This document shows, one piece after another, positions 63,643 to 64,000 of a stretch of 64,000 nt of DNA (position 1 is its first letter; the number at the start of each line of letters is the position of its first letter). Made by a program: the position numbers and the translations under genes. This stretch comes from Mesorhizobium sp. (GTDB lineage: Bacteria; Pseudomonadota; Alphaproteobacteria; Rhizobiales; Rhizobiaceae), in NCBI RefSeq assembly GCF_035944705.1, contig NZ_DASZAX010000011.1; one strand, 5' to 3'. The notes under the pieces were generated by a model. That model was not told the origin of the DNA and ran no database searches. It saw only the letters and a list, made by a program, of their open reading frames with translations.

Positions 63643-64000
63643 ATGGGCAAGGTTATCGTGGTGACATCGGGCAAGGGCGGCGTGGGCAAGACCACGTCCT
63701 CGGCTGCGCTGGGCGCCGCTCTGGCGCAAAACGGCGACAAGGTCGTGGTCGTCGATTTCGACGTCGGCCTGCGCAATCTCGATCTCGTCATGGGGGCGGA
63801 ACGGCGCGTCGTCTACGACCTCGTCAACGTTATCCAGGGCGAAGCGAAGCTGACCCAGGCGCTGATCCGCGACAAGCGGGTGGAGACGCTCTACCTGTTG
63901 CCGGCCTCGCAGACGCGCGACAAGGACAATCTCACGCCCGAAGGCGTCGAGAAGGTCATCGCATCGTTGAAGAAAGCCTTCGACTGGGTCATCTGCGACA
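63643..64000 (+). CDS. minD: Septum site-determining ATPase MinD (3' end beyond window)
   Basis: MGKVIVVTSGKGGVGKTTSSAALGAALAQNG...DFDVGLRNLDLVMG. Deviant Walker A. The ORF is open to the window end. Confidence 0.95.
   Translation, partial: MGKVIVVTSGKGGVGKTTSSAALGAALAQNGDKVVVVDFDVGLRNLDLVMGAERRVVYDLVNVIQGEAKLTQALIRDKRVETLYLLPASQTRDKDNLTPEGVEKVIASLKKAFDWVICD

Noticed and set aside
1-64000. Search for prophage, ICE, IS or integron hallmarks (integrase, transposase, tRNA attachment site, terminal inverted repeats of IS size)
   Set aside because: None of the ORF translations shows integrase or transposase motifs, and no tRNA gene was seen. The only repeated DNA is the ~100-nt intergenic hairpin family, which encodes no protein.

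Overview
This is a high-GC (roughly 60-65% by eye) chromosomal segment. It looks alphaproteobacterial (Rhizobiales) and Mesorhizobium-like. That taxonomic call is an inference from my recall of protein families (the ChvE-GguABC/GbpR locus, SAM-II riboswitch, CtrA box, rhizobial intergenic repeats), not from any search.

I support about 65 protein-coding genes. In order they are:
- a copper module (cueR fragment, multicopper oxidase);
- a decayed siderophore-uptake module whose TonB-dependent receptor is cut down to its C-terminus and butt-joined to a 3'-truncated HerA-like ATPase gene;
- an XRE-cupin regulator and two GNAT genes;
- a LysR-controlled hydrolase/GYD/ABC cluster, and a flavin monooxygenase;
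- ilvIH with a leader-peptide attenuator;
- a LysE exporter, an RND efflux pair, and a TetR/MFS pair;
- apaG, a GT21 glycosyltransferase, metZ behind a SAM-II riboswitch, and dcd;
- two paralogous orphan amino-acid binding proteins flanking a Tat-exported MBL hydrolase;
- a LacI-controlled sugar/polyol ABC importer ending in a dihydroxyacetone kinase;
- a MocR regulator, chvE-gguABC with divergent gbpR, and a short islet of small orphan ORFs;
- alaE, a methyltransferase, and minC-minD (minD is cut by the window end).

I found no rRNA, tRNA, CRISPR array, transposase, integrase or recognisable phage or defence gene.

The least explained material is:
1. the HerA/receptor deletion scar at about 7.0 kb;
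2. a family of ~100-nt intergenic hairpin repeats (at least five copies), whose direct-repeat pairs bracket two short segments of orphan genes (40.5-42.2 kb and 59.6-60.8 kb);
3. the 58.9-61.3 kb islet of small ORFs with no recognisable family. It includes a 55-codon ORF, below the ORF-track threshold, that has a perfect Shine-Dalgarno sequence;
4. a (GGCAGTC)x5 microsatellite next to the gbpR ribosome-binding site.

I cannot name a defined new multi-gene system with confidence. The orphan islet is my best candidate. All family assignments come from motif and sequence recall, because no searches were possible.
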